Source: Candidatus Saccharimonadota bacterium
Lineage (GTDB): Bacteria > Patescibacteriota > Gracilibacteria > UBA4473
Assembly (NCBI GenBank): GCA_020632335.1
Contig: JACKFV010000001.1
Coordinates: forward strand, 240,001-272,000
DNA length: 32,000 nucleotides
Reading direction: 5' to 3'
Part shown: one piece after another, positions 7,619 through 16,244 of the stretch
Layout: every line of letters begins with the position of its first letter
How positions within the stretch are numbered: the stretch's first letter is position 1
Notes under the pieces: model-generated
The model's database searches: none
Seen by the model: only the letters and a program-made list of their open reading frames with translations
What the model was told of the DNA's origin: nothing
Made by a program: the position numbers and the translations under genes

Positions 7619-8452
7619 CTACTGAGGGAGGGACGCTCCTGTGGGGGTACTCTCTGGCGCCAGAGGCCGAAGAAAGACCCGATTATGCCAGATGAAGAGC
7701 CCCAGCACCACCAATGGCACCAGCCACAGGCTCCCCAGCAGCAGCCCCAGCACTGACGCCGGCACCATCCAGTAGGCCAGCAGCCCGAGCGTCTGAGGGT
7801 ACCTAGCGCTCTGCCCGGTGGGACGAAGGACATAGCGCAGCACCAGCGACACCAGCAGGAGGAACCCCATGCTGTAGAGCCCGTACCCGATGCTCAGTGC
7901 GATAACGCCCCCCACCGCCAGCAGACTCAGCAGTGTGCTAGCATGACGGGCAGTCTTCGTGAGCGCCTCCCCCACGGGCAGCTGCATATCTGGCAGGGCA
8001 CTGAAGGAGAACTGCTCCTCCCGCTCATGCCCGGGGAAGGTCTGTTCGTGCATACGCACACCGTCTTTAGCGAGGAGTACTACGCCGCGCGGCTCTTCAG
8101 GAGCGGTACTTGCCGAAGGATCCAGCACCGTGAGCTCGGCCAGGGAGGCCGTGGTATCTAGCTGTAGCGTCCAGCCCTCCAGCTGCCACTGCCGCTGCAG
8201 CGGGGTGGTGATCTCTCCGTCTTGTAGCGTGAGCACGGTATCCTCCAGCTGCGCCTGGGTGATGAACTGCTGGGCATGGCGTTGCAGGCGTGGCCCGATA
8301 ACTTGTGCGGTCACTAGCGCCACCAGCAGCGCTATGGCCGTGAGCAGCCCCCACCACTGTGCCCAGTAGCGCAGGCCACTGCCGGCCGTGAGCGTGGGCC
8401 ACTGCGTAGCAGCAAAAGAGGACGTGAACGACTGACGGAGGAGCGAGAACAT
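7619..8452 (-). CDS. Hypothetical polytopic membrane protein (DUF1189-like topology)
   Basis: 277-aa ORF with an N-terminal TM, a central soluble segment and a C-terminal cluster of TM helices. A leaderless-type promoter lies directly upstream. The family guess is weak. Confidence 0.65.
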   Translation of the reverse strand: MFSLLRQSFTSSFAATQWPTLTAGSGLRYWAQWWGLLTAIALLVALVTAQVIGPRLQRHAQQFITQAQLEDTVLTLQDGEITTPLQRQWQLEGWTLQLDTTASLAELTVLDPSASTAPEEPRGVVLLAKDGVRMHEQTFPGHEREEQFSFSALPDMQLPVGEALTKTARHASTLLSLLAVGGVIALSIGYGLYSMGFLLLVSLVLRYVLRPTGQSARYPQTLGLLAYWMVPASVLGLLLGSLWLVPLVVLGLFIWHNRVFLRPLAPESTPTGASLPQ

Positions 8453-8458
8453 ACCCGC

Positions 8459-8486
8459 ATCATGCGGTATAGAGCGGGCCCGTCAA
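8459..8486 (-). promoter_or_regulatory. Leaderless-type promoter for membrane protein 7619-8452
   Basis: Minus strand: TTGACG (8486-8481) - 16 nt - CATGAT (8464-8459) - 6 nt - ATG 8452. It sits in the 38-nt gap after the nrdA stop. Confidence 0.45.
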
Positions 8487-8489
8487 GGG

Positions 8490-11282
8490 TTACTGGCAGC
8501 TCTCACAGCCGTCGCCGTTTATCAGGCTGCACATGGTGGCCTTATCATGCGTGCTGGTGGGCATGAGTTCGGGCTGGGTGACCTCGGGCACTGCGCGGCG
8601 TGACTGGGTGTGCGCGGTGGTGGCCACGGTAGACTTCTCCACCTGCGTGGCCCCCAGGGTGCGCAGGTAGTAGGTGGTCTTCAGGCCCATCTGCCAGGCC
8701 AGCTGGTAGAGCTCGGCTATCTCCCTCCCGCTAGAGCCTCGGTAGAAGATATTCACGCTCTGCGACTGGTCTATCCACTTGCCCCGTACGGCAGCATGGC
8801 GGAGGATCCACTCTGAGCCGAGCTCAAAGACCTCCTGGTACTCGGCCTTGATCTCTGCGGGGATGGCGTCTATGGCTTGTACGGACCCGTCGTGGATCTT
8901 CAGCTGCTGGAGCATCTCGTCGTCCCAGAGGTTGCGGGCTTTGAGATCCGCAATGAGAGCCTCATTCACTACGGTAAATTCACCGCCCATGTTGCTCTTG
9001 ACGTAGAGGTTCTTATAGATGGGCTCGGTGCAGGGGTAGCAGCCGGCGATGTTACCGATGCTGGCAGTGGGCGCGATGGCCATGCAGTTGCTGTTGCGCA
9101 TGCCGTGCTGGGCCACTGTGGCCTTGAGCGCGTCCCAGTCCAGGCGGGTGGTGCGGTCTACCAGTAGGGGCTCGCCGCGTTCCTGCTCCAGTAGCGCCAG
9201 GGTGTCGTAGGGGAAGATCCCGCGGTCCCACTTACTCCCGGGGTAGGTCTCATACGCGCCCTTCTCCGCGGCCAGCGCGGCACTCTCCGCAATGGCGTAG
9301 TAGCTCACATACTCCATCACCTCGTCGCTCAGCGTGACGGCCTGCTCACTATCAAACCGCATACCGAGGCTATAGAGCATGTCTTGGTAGCCCATCATGC
9401 CCAGGCCTACCGGACGGTGGCGGTGATTACTCGTGGCAGTCTCGGGCGTGGGGTAGAAGTTCAGGTCCACGACGTTATCCAGCAGGCGCATAGCGGTGCG
9501 CACGGTGCGTTGGAGCTGCTCCCACTGTACCTGGCCGTCTGCCACGTGCTGGCGCAGATTCACCGACCCCAGGTTACACACGGCGGTTTCGTCCTGGCTA
9601 TTGTTCAGCGTGATCTCAGTGCAGAGGTTAGAGCTATGCACCACCCCGACGTGGTCTTGCGGGCTGCGGACGTTGCAGGGGTCTTTGAAGGTGATCCAGG
9701 GGTGCCCGGTCTCAAAGAGCATGGTCACCATCTGCCGCCAGAGGCTCGCGGCTTTTATCCGCTTCCAGATCTTCATCTTCCCCTCGTCAGCGTCGCGCTC
9801 GTACTGCTCGTAGCGCTCCTTAAACGCCGCGCCGTAAAGATCATGGAGGTCTGGGGTTTCGTCGGGGCTGAAGAGCGTCCAGTCGCCATTATCGCGCACT
9901 CGCTGCATGAAGAGATCGGGGATCCAGTTAGCGGTGTTCATATCATGCGTGCGGCGGCGCTCATCACCGGTATTCTTGCGCAGCTGGAGGAATTCCTCTA
10001 TCTCATAGTGCCAGGTCTCGAGGTAGGCCACACTCGCGCCACGGCGGCGGCCGGCACGGTTGATGCAGACCGTCACGTCATTCATGATGCGGAGGAAGGG
10101 GATAATCCCGCTGCTGTAGGCGTTAGTCGCCTTGATGTAGGCTCCCACCGCGCGCAGGTGCGTCCAGCTGTGGCCTACGCCGCCACTGTACTTCAGCAGT
10201 TGCGCCACGTCCCCATTGGTCTTGAAGATGTTATGCAGGTCGTCCTGAATGGTGAGGATATAGCAGCTGGAGAGCTGCGGGTGACTGGTACCGGCATGGA
10301 AGAGCGTGGGAGTAGAGGGCACATAGTGCAGCTGGCTCATGACGCTGTAGAACTCCAGAGCGTAGTGCTCCCACTGGTCACGGGGCTCGTTGATAGCTAG
10401 GCCCATAGCGATGCGCATCCAGAAGTGCTGGGGAGCCTCAGTACGCTGGTAGCGGTCACGGTCATCAGTGATGCGCATGACGTAGCGGTCCCACAGGTAG
10501 TGCATGCCCATGTAGCGCAGCAGGCGGTCACGCGCGGGCTCTAGTGCGGCGCTGAGCACGCCGAAGTCAAACTCCCCCAGGCGCGGGTCCAGGCGCCCGG
10601 CGTCTATACCACGGCGGATGGAAACCTCCAGATGGTCACGGTAGGTGGCTGCAAAGCCCGGCTCATGGCACTGCACGCCCATGACTTCCTCGTACAGCGT
10701 ATCGGCCAAGAAGAGCGCGGCTAGCTGCCCATAGGCGGGGTCACGCTCCAAGTAGCTCTTAGCGGCGAGTACCAGTGCGTTGCGTACCTCACTCTCGGTG
10801 ATGCCGTCGTAGAGGTTGCGCTCCACCTCCGCGAGGATGAGCGCGGGGTCACAGTCTGGCAGGTGCTGGGTGTGCGCGAGGATATAGTCTTGGATCCCCT
10901 GGTGGCTCAGTGTCTCGACGGTATTAGCGTCGGTGATCATCTGCAAGCGGTTGTGCTCCAGCGCGGCTATCTTGGCCTGGGCACGAGCCTCTGCCTGGCG
11001 GGCGCGATAGAGGATGAAGCTCTTGGCGGTCTCATAGGCCTGCAGCGCCATGAGGCTGCGCTCGACCTCGTCTTGTATTTGCTCGACGGTGGGGAAGTCC
11101 GGCTCATGACTATAGGCCTCCCACAGGGCGGCTACGGTGTGCTCGGCGGCGCGCTTGGGCAGCGTGGGGTCGGTCAGGCCATGGGGGGTGTCGATGCAGG
11201 CCTTGGCGATGGCGGCCTCTATCTTCTCTTCGGTGAAGAGCTGGAGCTCGCCGGAGCGCTTACGGATGTGAGTCAGTGGCAT
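8490..11282 (-). CDS. nrdA: Ribonucleoside-diphosphate reductase, class I alpha subunit
   Basis: ATP-cone N-terminus (HIRKRSGELQLFTEEKIEAAI), SSNLCTEI and CNLGSVNL active-site motifs, the KTTYYLRT tyrosine pair and a terminal CESC pair, all typical of class I alpha. ATG 11282 was chosen; the track extension to 11711 overlaps the pgm start and has no homology. Confidence 0.92.
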   Translation of the reverse strand: MPLTHIRKRSGELQLFTEEKIEAAIAKACIDTPHGLTDPTLPKRAAEHTVAALWEAYSHEPDFPTVEQIQDEVERSLMALQAYETAKSFILYRARQAEARAQAKIAALEHNRLQMITDANTVETLSHQGIQDYILAHTQHLPDCDPALILAEVERNLYDGITESEVRNALVLAAKSYLERDPAYGQLAALFLADTLYEEVMGVQCHEPGFAATYRDHLEVSIRRGIDAGRLDPRLGEFDFGVLSAALEPARDRLLRYMGMHYLWDRYVMRITDDRDRYQRTEAPQHFWMRIAMGLAINEPRDQWEHYALEFYSVMSQLHYVPSTPTLFHAGTSHPQLSSCYILTIQDDLHNIFKTNGDVAQLLKYSGGVGHSWTHLRAVGAYIKATNAYSSGIIPFLRIMNDVTVCINRAGRRRGASVAYLETWHYEIEEFLQLRKNTGDERRRTHDMNTANWIPDLFMQRVRDNGDWTLFSPDETPDLHDLYGAAFKERYEQYERDADEGKMKIWKRIKAASLWRQMVTMLFETGHPWITFKDPCNVRSPQDHVGVVHSSNLCTEITLNNSQDETAVCNLGSVNLRQHVADGQVQWEQLQRTVRTAMRLLDNVVDLNFYPTPETATSNHRHRPVGLGMMGYQDMLYSLGMRFDSEQAVTLSDEVMEYVSYYAIAESAALAAEKGAYETYPGSKWDRGIFPYDTLALLEQERGEPLLVDRTTRLDWDALKATVAQHGMRNSNCMAIAPTASIGNIAGCYPCTEPIYKNLYVKSNMGGEFTVVNEALIADLKARNLWDDEMLQQLKIHDGSVQAIDAIPAEIKAEYQEVFELGSEWILRHAAVRGKWIDQSQSVNIFYRGSSGREIAELYQLAWQMGLKTTYYLRTLGATQVEKSTVATTAHTQSRRAVPEVTQPELMPTSTHDKATMCSLINGDGCESCQ

Positions 11283-11413
11283 GGTACGCGGGGAGTAAAA
11301 ACAGGGCGACACTTGACGTGCCAAAAGAAATATGCTGAGAGAAGAGCCGGTGTTTGTGTGCGCTGTCCTGCCAGAGATACCGGTGCTGGGTCTTGCAAGT
11401 GCGACGCAAGAGG

Positions 11414-11429
11414 GATCAATATCTAGTAG
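11414..11429 (-). promoter_or_regulatory. Candidate NrdR-box-like palindrome in the nrdA leader
   Basis: Minus-strand CTACTAGATATTGATC resembles the NrdR box core CwAtATaTwG, by my recollection of the consensus acaCwAtATaTwGtgt. It lies just downstream of a possible nrdA promoter, TTGCCC (11468-11463) - 17 nt - TATGTT (11445-11440). Only one box was found, whereas NrdR boxes are usually tandem. Confidence 0.2.
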
Positions 11430-11536
11430 GTGCTGAACGAACATAGCTACTACATGTTGAGCGGGCAAGTGTTTTTTACGGATTTTTTGCTTGACGGGTA
11501 CGGGGATCTTTCTCCCCATAGCGGCGGGGGGCTGGC

Positions 11537-11564
11537 TAGACATGAGGAGGATTTGGCCTAGAGT
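11537..11564 (+). promoter_or_regulatory. Sigma70-like promoter for the PMM/PGM gene
   Basis: TAGACA (11537-11542) - 16 nt - TAGAGT (11559-11564), then a 21-nt leader without SD to ATG 11586. Confidence 0.45.
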
Positions 11565-11585
11565 GCGCAGCACTGACACTCCCCT

Positions 11586-13025
11586 ATGCTGCTGAACCGC
11601 ACTATCTTCAAGACCTATGACATCCGTGGGCTGGCCGAGCCGGGCAAGCTGGACGCTCCGCTGGCCTATTGCGCGGGGGTGGGGTATGTGCGACACCTGC
11701 AGGCCAAGCATAATACCGCGATGCCGACGGTGGTGGTCACACGAGACGGGCGGGTGTCGTCACCCGAGCTGACGGGCGCGCTCATTACCGGGATGGTGGA
11801 CGCGGGCGCGCAGGTGACCTATGGCGGCCTGGCCACCACGCCCATGAGCTACCTGATCAACACCCACCACCCGCACCACTACCTGGGGGCCGTGCAGGTG
11901 AGCGCGTCGCATAATCCGGCGGCGTATAACGGATTCAAAGTGCGGGACAAGGACGGGAAGATCTGGGGGGAGGAGCTGCAGGAGGTCTATCACCTAGCCT
12001 GCGCGGTAGAGACGGTGCCAAGCGACTTCATCGGCTGGGAGGAGCGATGCCTGCACCAGGACTTCACACCGTGGTACCAGCTGCTGCTGCAGGAGGTAGT
12101 GGGCAGTATGCCACGGGTATCCATTGTGGTGGACGGAAGTAATGCGGTGGCGGGGCTCATCAACCCACCGGTACTGCGCAGCATGGGGGTAGCGGTAGAG
12201 GAGCTCTGCTGTGAGCTGGACGGCACCTTCCCCCACCACGAGCCAGACCCCGCTCTGGCCGAGAATTACCCGGACCTGATGGCAACAGTGGTGGCAGCAG
12301 GAGCGGACTGGGGAGTGATGTATGACGGCGATGGCGACCGCGTGGGCATGGTGGATAGCACCGGGCGGCTGCTCCACCAGAGCGAGATGCTGTGCTTGCT
12401 GGGATACCAGATGGCGCAGCAGAAGCAGCAGACAGGAGAGACGGCGCGCATGGTCATCGACTGTATGCAGGCCGAGGGGGTAGCGAGCTATCTGCGCAGT
12501 GTGGGGGCCGAGGTGTTCTTCTGCCCCACGGGCCATGCGAGTGTCTATGAGGCGCTGTACCGGTATGACGCGGACCTGGCGGGTGAGCTCAGCGCGCACA
12601 TCATGTACCGGGACCTCCACGGGCATGATGATGCCCTCTATGCCACGTGCCGGCTGCTGCAGGTGTTGTCATCGGCGCCCGGGCTGCTGGAGGAAATCCG
12701 GAGCTTTATGCCCGCTACACTGCAGGAGAAGTACTATTACCTCCCCTGTAGTGACGCGCACAAGGGTCCCGTCATGCAGCGGGTCATCACGGCGCTGCGG
12801 GCGCAGTACCCGGACGCCATCACGCTGGACGGGGTGCGGGTGCGGCTGGGGGACTTCACCTGGGGGATCCTCCGCCAGAGCAACACCGAGCCCGTGCTAA
12901 AGCTGCGCGTACAATCGCCCGAGGAGCCAGAGCTGGAGAGGCTGCTGCACCACTATATGCAAGCCTGCGAGGCGGCGTATAGCGCGGAGGGGCTGCCCCT
13001 GCCGGAGGTGCGTCAGGTGGCCTAG
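11586..13025 (+). CDS. Phosphomannomutase/phosphoglucomutase family (alpha-D-phosphohexomutase)
   Basis: N-terminal FKTYDIRG, active-site serine loop VSASHNPAAYNGFK and metal loop YDGDGDRVGMVD. Confidence 0.92.
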   Translation: MLLNRTIFKTYDIRGLAEPGKLDAPLAYCAGVGYVRHLQAKHNTAMPTVVVTRDGRVSSPELTGALITGMVDAGAQVTYGGLATTPMSYLINTHHPHHYLGAVQVSASHNPAAYNGFKVRDKDGKIWGEELQEVYHLACAVETVPSDFIGWEERCLHQDFTPWYQLLLQEVVGSMPRVSIVVDGSNAVAGLINPPVLRSMGVAVEELCCELDGTFPHHEPDPALAENYPDLMATVVAAGADWGVMYDGDGDRVGMVDSTGRLLHQSEMLCLLGYQMAQQKQQTGETARMVIDCMQAEGVASYLRSVGAEVFFCPTGHASVYEALYRYDADLAGELSAHIMYRDLHGHDDALYATCRLLQVLSSAPGLLEEIRSFMPATLQEKYYYLPCSDAHKGPVMQRVITALRAQYPDAITLDGVRVRLGDFTWGILRQSNTEPVLKLRVQSPEEPELERLLHHYMQACEAAYSAEGLPLPEVRQVA

Positions 13026-13068
13026 GGTGTAATACGACCAGCCGAGCCACTTGGCAAGGGCGGAAGTA

Positions 13069-13112
13069 TTGACGCCTGCGCGCTGCGGAGTAGAGTTCCA
13101 GCGCTATATACT
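13069..13112 (+). promoter_or_regulatory. Promoter region for the pilin gene (two overlapping options)
   Basis: Option 1: TTGACG (13069-13074) - 16 nt - TAGAGT (13091-13096). Option 2 is a leaderless-type -10, TATACT (13107-13112) - 6 nt - ATG 13119. Confidence 0.45.
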
Positions 13113-13118
13113 CTGCTG

Positions 13119-13706
13119 ATGGAACGGTTTTTCTCCCAACGACGACGCGCTGCTCATGGGTTTACGCTCATAGAGCTGCTGGTGGTGATCGTCATCCTGG
13201 GCATCTTGGGGACGATAAGCGTGGGGTCGTACCGGCGTTTCTTCGGTAGTGGGAATGACTCGACGCGTTATGCGGCCGTGCGAGCGGTGGAGCTGGAGAT
13301 CATGACCTCAGGGCTCAGCAACACCGAGGACCTCTACACAGGGCTGACCGCGGGCGAGATAGAGGACCTGCTGAACACCAATGACGTGAACTTCACCGCG
13401 CGGAATAACATCTGTGTGGTGATAGGCCTGGGCACCGGCCCTACGGAGGCGTCGCTGGATAACCAGTACTTTGTGGCTACCTGGGGCGAGCAAGACAGCA
13501 CGCTGCAGCCGGGGCAGAGCGGCATGCTCTTCACGGGGACAACCGAGGCCCGCAACGTGCTGCAGAATATGGCGGTGACGCAGTCGGACTTTGCGTGTGA
13601 TAAGACCACCAGTACCCTCACCAGCGTGAGTGGGAACTTCGGCAGTACGGGGAACAACCGCTTCTTTATGCTGCAGAGCGGGAACCAAGTCGTGCCGCTG
13701 AACTAG
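13119..13706 (+). CDS. Type IV pilin / pseudopilin (prepilin-type N-terminal cleavage-methylation domain)
   Basis: Class III signal RRRAAHG|FTLIELLVVIVILGILG, with Gly at -1, Phe at +1 and Glu at +5. The C-terminus is Ser/Thr-rich (DKTTSTLTSVSGNFGSTGNN). Confidence 0.9.
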   Translation: MERFFSQRRRAAHGFTLIELLVVIVILGILGTISVGSYRRFFGSGNDSTRYAAVRAVELEIMTSGLSNTEDLYTGLTAGEIEDLLNTNDVNFTARNNICVVIGLGTGPTEASLDNQYFVATWGEQDSTLQPGQSGMLFTGTTEARNVLQNMAVTQSDFACDKTTSTLTSVSGNFGSTGNNRFFMLQSGNQVVPLN

Positions 13707-13728
13707 CCTCTTAGCGTGTTTATAGTAC

Positions 13729-14871
13729 CTACAACACCTGGTCGCTCAGCTGGAGGATGGGCAGGTACACTGCGGCGATCATAAAGAGGGTGATGCACGC
13801 CAGCACAATCATGATGGCTGGCTCGAGGATCTTGGCGATGCTGGCGATGCGGCGCTCGGTGCGTTCCTCATAGAATACCGATATCCGGCGCATCATGCCC
13901 TCTATGTTGGCGGTTTTTTCGCCCACTTCTACCATGTGCACAAACATCTGCGGGAAGTAGTGCTCTTGCCCGGTGAGGTTCTCGGTCAGCGTGATCCCCT
14001 TGGTGATGTCTCTGGTGGCGATGAGCAGGCGCTGGGTGTACTGCTCTGACTCGGCCGCGTGGGCCACCATACGCAGCGCCTCCACTATGGGGATGCCCGA
14101 AGCCAGCAAGAAGCTAAAGAGCCGCGACACCCGCGTGAGCGTCATATCTCTCAGCAGGGGCCCCAGTAGTGGCAGGTGCAGCCGGAGTTTATCCCACAGC
14201 AGGCTCCCGATGCGCGTACGGCGCCACCGCCACCACACCACCCAGAGCGCCACCACCAGGAGCAAGAGCCACCCCCAGGAGTGCTGAAAGAACTGGCTGG
14301 TGCTGATGAGGAAGCGCGTGGGCCAGGGCAGGGCCTCAGCGGAGTCAAAGAGGGTCAAGAGCCGGGGCACAATAACCACCATCATAATGACCACCAGCAG
14401 CACCACCACCCCCAGGAGGATAACCGGGTAGAGCATAATGCTGCCCATTTTCTTCTGCAGGCGGTAGAGGCGTTCGCTCTGGTCCGCCAGTTCTTTCAGG
14501 ACTTGGTCCAGCCGGCCAGACTGCTCGCCCGCGGCCACTACACTGCAGGTAGCGGGAGCAAAGACGTCGTCGTTCTGGCGCATAGCGGTAGCGAGCGAGT
14601 CCCCCTCTTGCATCAGCTGATAGATGTCTTGTAGGACGCGCTGGAGCTTCTTATTCTCGGTCTGGCGGATGAGCAGCGCTACCCCTTCGGTCGGCGGCAC
14701 CCCAGCGCTGATGAGCGACCCGAGCATCTGGTAGAAGTTCACCTTCTCGATCAGCTTCACCCGGCTGCTGTTTATCAGCCAATCGTTGAGCAGCGTGTAC
14801 ACCTCCACCGCGGCGGTACGCAGCTCGTCCCAGCGGGAGGGGGTAGCAGGAGGCGCTATGGCAAGGGGCAT
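13729..14871 (-). CDS. pilC: Type IV pilus / type II secretion platform protein (GspF/PilC family)
   Basis: Two GspF-type repeats, for example LATAMRQNDDVFAPATCSVVAAGEQSGRLDQVLKELAD and TENLTGQEHYFPQMFVHMVEVGEKTANIEGMMRRIS, with three TM segments. Confidence 0.92.
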   Translation of the reverse strand: MPLAIAPPATPSRWDELRTAAVEVYTLLNDWLINSSRVKLIEKVNFYQMLGSLISAGVPPTEGVALLIRQTENKKLQRVLQDIYQLMQEGDSLATAMRQNDDVFAPATCSVVAAGEQSGRLDQVLKELADQSERLYRLQKKMGSIMLYPVILLGVVVLLVVIMMVVIVPRLLTLFDSAEALPWPTRFLISTSQFFQHSWGWLLLLVVALWVVWWRWRRTRIGSLLWDKLRLHLPLLGPLLRDMTLTRVSRLFSFLLASGIPIVEALRMVAHAAESEQYTQRLLIATRDITKGITLTENLTGQEHYFPQMFVHMVEVGEKTANIEGMMRRISVFYEERTERRIASIAKILEPAIMIVLACITLFMIAAVYLPILQLSDQVL

Positions 14872-14875
14872 CGGT

Positions 14876-16135
14876 CTATTCTACCCCAGAGCGGGGCTGA
14901 GACGCAAGGGCCTCTTGATAACCGCTGAGGCTCAGCACTAGCAGCATGATGAAAACATAGAAGAGCGAGTTGACAAAGAAGCTGTGCAGCGTGAGGGCCA
15001 GGACGCCAGAGGCTATACCAAGGGAGAGGGTATCTCGGCCCGTGAAGTACTCCCGCAGGCGGGGCAGCACGAGGGTTGCCAGGAACCACAAGTACACCAG
15101 CAGCCCCAGCACGCCCGTGGTGATCAGCACATTGAGCAGTGAGCTATCACTCCCCCCCGCGCTGAAGTTGGTCTCATCTGCAATGCCCGCCTGTACGGCG
15201 TAATAGCGGTAGGTATTGAATCCAATGCCCACCACCGGCGACTGCTCGGCCAGCTGCAGGCTCTCTTGCCAGCTCTGCACGCGGAGTGAGGCCGTGGCAT
15301 CCAGCGAATCATCGGTCTGGAATACCAGACTCTGCACACTCTCAGCCAACTGCGTGACCCGCTGGTACATGCGGGAGTACTCCAGGTTGGGGGTCAGCAC
15401 AATGGTCAGCCCCGCCGCCAGGAGGGTGAGCGCTATCCACTTGCGGTCATGCACGACGAAGAAGAGCAGCAGCCCCGCCACCGCCGCCGTGTAGCCACTG
15501 CGCGAGTAGGTGAGGTAAAGCGCCAAAAGCCCCAGCCCCAGCAGCCCCAGCAGTGCCCACTGTGGCAGCGCCGGACGCGCCTGGTAGAGCACCCCGCACA
15601 CCACCGGGAGGCAAAAGGCCAGCATCCCCGCGATGTAGTTGGGGTCCATCCAGGTGCTCAGCAGCCGGCCCATGTGGGGGTCCCAGCCCCCTACGGTAGA
15701 CCAGTGGCTGATATCTGGCACGAGGAAGTACTGGACTATCCCCAAGATAATCACCCCCAGGACGATAAGCAGTATCCGGCGGAGCAGTCTCCCCTCTGGC
15801 AGGCCGGTGAGGAGGTCCGGGACACTCCACCCCACGCAGAGAAGCCCCAGAAACCGCCACCAGTGCGCCAGACTCATGATGCCCTCGGTCAGCGGCATCT
15901 CCCAGAGCGTCAGCAGCAGGCCAATAAGCCCAATAAGGAGCCATACGAGCCCCGGCAGCACAAACCGCGCCCGCGGCACGCTACGGAGGAAGAGCGCCCG
16001 ATACCCCAGCCACAGCACGCCATAGAGCGGCAGGAGGAGATCCGCTGGGAGCAGCCCCGAGCCACCCAGATTCACCCGCAGGAGCATCCCCGGGAGGAGG
16101 AGCAGCATCAGCAGCCAGTAGAGTGCACGCAGCAT
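14876..16135 (-). CDS. O-antigen ligase / Wzy_C family polytopic membrane protein (WaaL/PilO/PglL-like)
   Basis: About 10-12 TM helices. It has YSRSGYTAAVAGLLLFF and a periplasmic loop, LRVQSWQESLQLAEQSPVVGIGFNTYRY, matching the R..W...P..G.G signature of the O-antigen ligase family. ATG 16135 was chosen; the track extension to 16483 overlaps atpA. Confidence 0.82.
   Translation of the reverse strand: MLRALYWLLMLLLLPGMLLRVNLGGSGLLPADLLLPLYGVLWLGYRALFLRSVPRARFVLPGLVWLLIGLIGLLLTLWEMPLTEGIMSLAHWWRFLGLLCVGWSVPDLLTGLPEGRLLRRILLIVLGVIILGIVQYFLVPDISHWSTVGGWDPHMGRLLSTWMDPNYIAGMLAFCLPVVCGVLYQARPALPQWALLGLLGLGLLALYLTYSRSGYTAAVAGLLLFFVVHDRKWIALTLLAAGLTIVLTPNLEYSRMYQRVTQLAESVQSLVFQTDDSLDATASLRVQSWQESLQLAEQSPVVGIGFNTYRYYAVQAGIADETNFSAGGSDSSLLNVLITTGVLGLLVYLWFLATLVLPRLREYFTGRDTLSLGIASGVLALTLHSFFVNSLFYVFIMLLVLSLSGYQEALASQPRSGVE
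14878..14907 (-). promoter_or_regulatory. Leaderless-type promoter for pilC, embedded in the 3' end of the Wzy_C gene
   Basis: Minus strand: TTGCGT (14907-14902) - 18 nt - TAGAAT (14883-14878) - 6 nt - ATG 14871. Confidence 0.5.
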
Positions 16136-16141
16136 ACCCGC

Positions 16142-16169
16142 AGTGTAGCCATGCTCTGTGGCCTGGCTA
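16142..16169 (-). promoter_or_regulatory. Leaderless-type promoter for the Wzy_C gene
   Basis: Minus strand: TAGCCA (16169-16164) - 16 nt - TACACT (16147-16142) - 6 nt - ATG 16135. Confidence 0.5.
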
Positions 16170-16191
16170 GGCAGATTTGCACTCGGCAGGC

Positions 16192-16219
16192 TTGACACCC
16201 ACCCGCGGAGCACCACAAT
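16192..16219 (+). promoter_or_regulatory. Candidate promoter for the V/A-ATPase A gene
   Basis: TTGACA (16192-16197) - 16 nt - CACAAT (16214-16219), then a 25-nt gap to ATG 16245. Confidence 0.4.
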
Positions 16220-16244
16220 GCGCGTGTTATTTTGTAGTGGAAGC

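Noticed and set aside
11341-11400. Plus-strand GAAGAGCCGGTG...GCGCTGTCCTGCCA looked a little like the core of a cobalamin riboswitch. That would be attractive next to an RNR gene.
   Set aside because: It is on the wrong strand for nrdA. It lacks the B12 box and GCCACTG element and the complementary arm needed for the CCGGTG helix. The PMM/PGM gene has its own promoter downstream of it.
11283-11711. N-terminal extension of the nrdA ORF (the track gives 1073 aa starting at 11711).
   Set aside because: The extra 143 residues have no RNR similarity, run through the divergent promoter region and overlap the PMM/PGM start. The ATP-cone begins right at ATG 11282.
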